A stretch of 64,000 nucleotides of DNA from Eledone cirrhosa (Eukaryota), in the NCBI GenBank assembly GCA_964016885.1, contig OZ024744.1, forward strand, positions 127,782,001 to 127,846,000, in the 5' to 3' direction. The notes below the pieces were generated by a model. It ran no database searches and was not told where the DNA came from. It saw only the letters and a list, made by a program, of their open reading frames with translations. Each line of letters begins with the position of its first letter. The first letter of the stretch is position 1. Positions 61,901-64,000 of this stretch are shown piece by piece. Both the position numbers and the translations under genes were made by a program.

Positions 61901-64000
61901 GTTGGGGTTGAGTTAAGTTGGGGTTAAGTTAAGTTGGGGTTAAGTTAAGTTGGGGTTAAGTTAAGTTGGGGTTAAGTTAAGTTGGGGGTAAGTTAAGTTG
62001 GGGGCAAGTTAAGTTGGGGTTAAGTTAAGTTGGGGTTAAGTTAAGTTGGGGTTAAGTTAAGTTAGGGTCAATTTCAGTTGGGGTTATGTTAAGTTGGGGT
62101 TAAGTTAAGTTGGGGTTAAGTTAAGTTGGGGGTAAGTTAAGTGGGGTGTAAGTTAAGTTGGGGTTAAGTTAAGTTGGGGTTCAGTTCAGTGGGGGTTAAG
62201 TTAAGTTGGGGTTAAGTTAAGCTGGGGGTAAGTTAAGTTGGGTGTAAGTTAAGTTGGGGTTAAGTTAAGTTGGGGTTAAGTTAAGTTGGGGGTTAGTTAA
62301 GTTGGGGGCAAGTTAAGTTGGGGTTAATTTAAGTTGGGGTTAAGTTAAGTTGGGGTTATGTTAAGTTGGGGTTAAGTTAAGTTGGCGTTAAGTTAAGTTG
62401 GGGGTGAGTTAAGTTGGGGTTAAGTTAAGTTGGGGGTAAGTTAAGTTGAGGGTAAGTTAAGTTGGGGTTAAGTTAAGTTGGGGTTAAATTAAGTTGAGGT
62501 TAAGTTAAGTTGGGGTTAAGTTAAATTGGGGTTAATTTAAGTTGGGGGTAAGTTAAGTTGGGGCTAAGTTAAGTTGGGGCTAAGTCAAGTTGGGGTTAAG
62601 TCAAGTTGAGGTTAACTTAAGTTGGGGTTATGTTAAGTTGGGGTTAAGTTGGGGCTAAGTTAAGTTGGGGCTGAGTTAAGTTGGGGTTAAGTTAAGTTGG
62701 GGTTGAGTTAAGTTGGGGTTAAGTTAAGTTGGGATTAAGTTAAGTTGGGGTTAAGTTAAGTTCGGCTTGAGTTAAGTTGGGGTTAAGTTAAGTTGGGGTT
62801 AATTTAAGTTGGGGTTAAGTTAAGTTGGGGTTAAGATAAGTTGGGGTTAAGTTAAGTTGGGGTTAAGTTAAGTTGGGGCTAAGTTAAGTTGGGGTTTACT
62901 TAAGTTGGGGTTAAGTTGGGGTTAAGTTAAGTTGGGGTTAAGTTAAGTTGGGGGTAGGTTAAGTTGGGGGCAAGTTAAGTTGGGGTTAACTTAAGTTGGG
63001 GTTAAGTTAAGTTGGGTTTAAGTTAAGTTGGGGCTAAGTTAAGTTGGGGTTAAGTTAAGTTGGGGTTAAGATAAGTTGGGGTTAAGTTAAGTTGGGGTTA
63101 ATTTAAGTTGGGGTTGAGTTAATTTGTGTTTAAGTTAAGTTGGGCTTAACTTAAGTTGGGGTTAAGTTAAGTTGGGGTTAAGTTAAGTTGGAGTTAAGGT
63201 AAGTTGGGGTTAAGTTAAGTTGGAGCTAAGTTAAGTTGGGGCTAAGTTAAGTTGGGGCTGAGTTAAGTTGGGGTTAAGTTGGGGTTGAGTTAAGTTGGGG
63301 TTAAGTTAAGTTGGGATTAAGTTAAGTTGGGGTTAAGTTAAGTTGGGGTTAAGATAAGTTGGGGTTAAGTTAAGTTGGGGTTAAGTTAAGTTGGGGTTGA
63401 GTTAATTTGGGGTTAAGTTAAGTTGGGGTTAACTTAAGTTGGGGTTAAGTTAAGTCGGGGTTAAGTTAAGTTGGGGGTAAGTTAAGTTGGGGGCAAGTTG
63501 AGTTGGGGTTGAGTTAAATTGGGGTTAAGTTAAGGTGGGGGTAAGTTAAGTTGGGGGTAAGTTAAGTTGGGGTTAAGTTAAGTTGGGGGTAAGTTAAGTT
63601 GGGGTTAAGTTAAGTTGGGTTTAAGTTAAGTTGGGGCTAAGTTAAGTTGGGTCTAAGTTAAGTTGGGGCTGAGTTAAGTTGGGGTTAAGTTAAGTTGGGG
63701 TTGAGTTAAGTTGGGGTTAACTTAAGTTGGGGTTAAGTTGGGGTTAAGTTAAGCTGGGGTTAAGTTAAGTTGGGGGTTAGTTAAGTTGGGGGCAAGTTAA
63801 GTTGGGGTTAATTTAAGTTGGGGTTAAGTTAAGTTGGGGTTATGTTAAGTTGGGGTTAAGTTAAGTTGGGGTTAAGTTAAGTTGGGGGTAAGTTAAGTTG
63901 GGGTTAAGTTAAGTTGGGGGTAAGTTAAATTGGGGGTAAGTTAAGTTGGGGTTAAGTTAAGTTGGGGTTAAATTAAGTTGGGGGTAAGTTAAGTTGGGGG
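58952..64000 (+). repeat. Third, shorter (~5.5 kb period) copy of the preceding unit, lacking an internal ~3.5 kb segment and cut by the window end
   Basis: Offset 9152 holds to gggggCaattt 59811 (vs 50659). Markers then match at ~5.45-5.55 kb: gtCgggg 60953 vs 55403, ttCagtggggg 62187 vs 56653, ggggttTactt 62897 vs 57443, tttgtgttt ~63123 vs ~57669. Confidence 0.82.

Larger units (their letters stand above)
1..64000 (+). repeat. Satellite / tandem repeat array, 16-bp monomer TTAAGTTAAGTTGGGG (G-rich strand = +), about 4,000 copies, extending beyond both window ends
   Basis: ggggttaagttaagtt recurs continuously from the first to the last base in one orientation. Deviations are point variants and length variants: 11-mer ggggttaagtt, 15-mer ggggtaagttaagtt, 17-mers such as ggggttaagttaaagtt. 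The consensus has 6 T, 6 G, 4 A and 0 C. Confidence 0.99.

Noticed and set aside
1-64000. Protein-coding ORFs on either strand
   Set aside because: Each consensus monomer has two TAA triplets on each strand (TTAA is palindromic). The 16-bp period cycles them through all three frames, so all six frames close within a few dozen bases.
1-64000. CRISPR array or other repeat-spacer system
   Set aside because: There are no unique spacers, leader or cas genes. Everything between repeats is further repeat.
1-64000. Canonical telomerase-synthesised TTAGGG, TTAGG or TTGGGG telomere
   Set aside because: TTAGGG and TTAGG occur only as isolated variants and TTGGGG is not tandem. Multi-kb copying of variant patterns is not expected from de novo telomerase addition.
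1-64000. piggyBac-type TTAA target sites or transposon footprints
   Set aside because: TTAA is intrinsic to the monomer. No terminal inverted repeats, insertions or foreign sequence were seen.
1-64000. Pure sequencing artefact or synthetic sequence
   Set aside because: Variants are shared hierarchically between distant blocks in conserved order, as expected from evolutionary descent rather than random error. Individual duplications still need read validation.
1-64000. Variant order as an encoded functional message or regulatory code
   Set aside because: Serial duplication of mutated monomers fully explains the order, and nothing in the sequence supports an additional function.

Overview
The whole 64 kb window is one uninterrupted, head-to-tail tandem array (about 4,000 monomers) of a G/T-rich 16-bp unit, consensus TTAAGTTAAGTTGGGG, i.e. 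(TTAAG)2-TTGGGG. I found no unique sequence, genes, RNA genes, transposons, CRISPR spacers or orientation switch. The information lies in the variant monomers: substitutions plus 11-, 15- and 17-bp length variants. These occur in fixed orders and reveal nested higher-order structure. A ~0.5-0.6 kb ordered variant module recurs about 40 times. Larger units include ~3.1-3.6 kb tandem units (5.9-16.0 kb), a ~12 kb tandem duplication (16.3-40.5 kb), a ~3.7 kb duplication (37.5-45.1 kb) and a near-identical ~9.15 kb duplication followed by a shorter third copy (40.5-64 kb). The most likely interpretation is a eukaryotic satellite (centromeric, pericentromeric or subtelomeric) with a telomere-like, G-quadruplex-compatible monomer. 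Organism and chromosomal position cannot be determined from the sequence. All coordinates and offsets were read by eye, so block boundaries are approximate.
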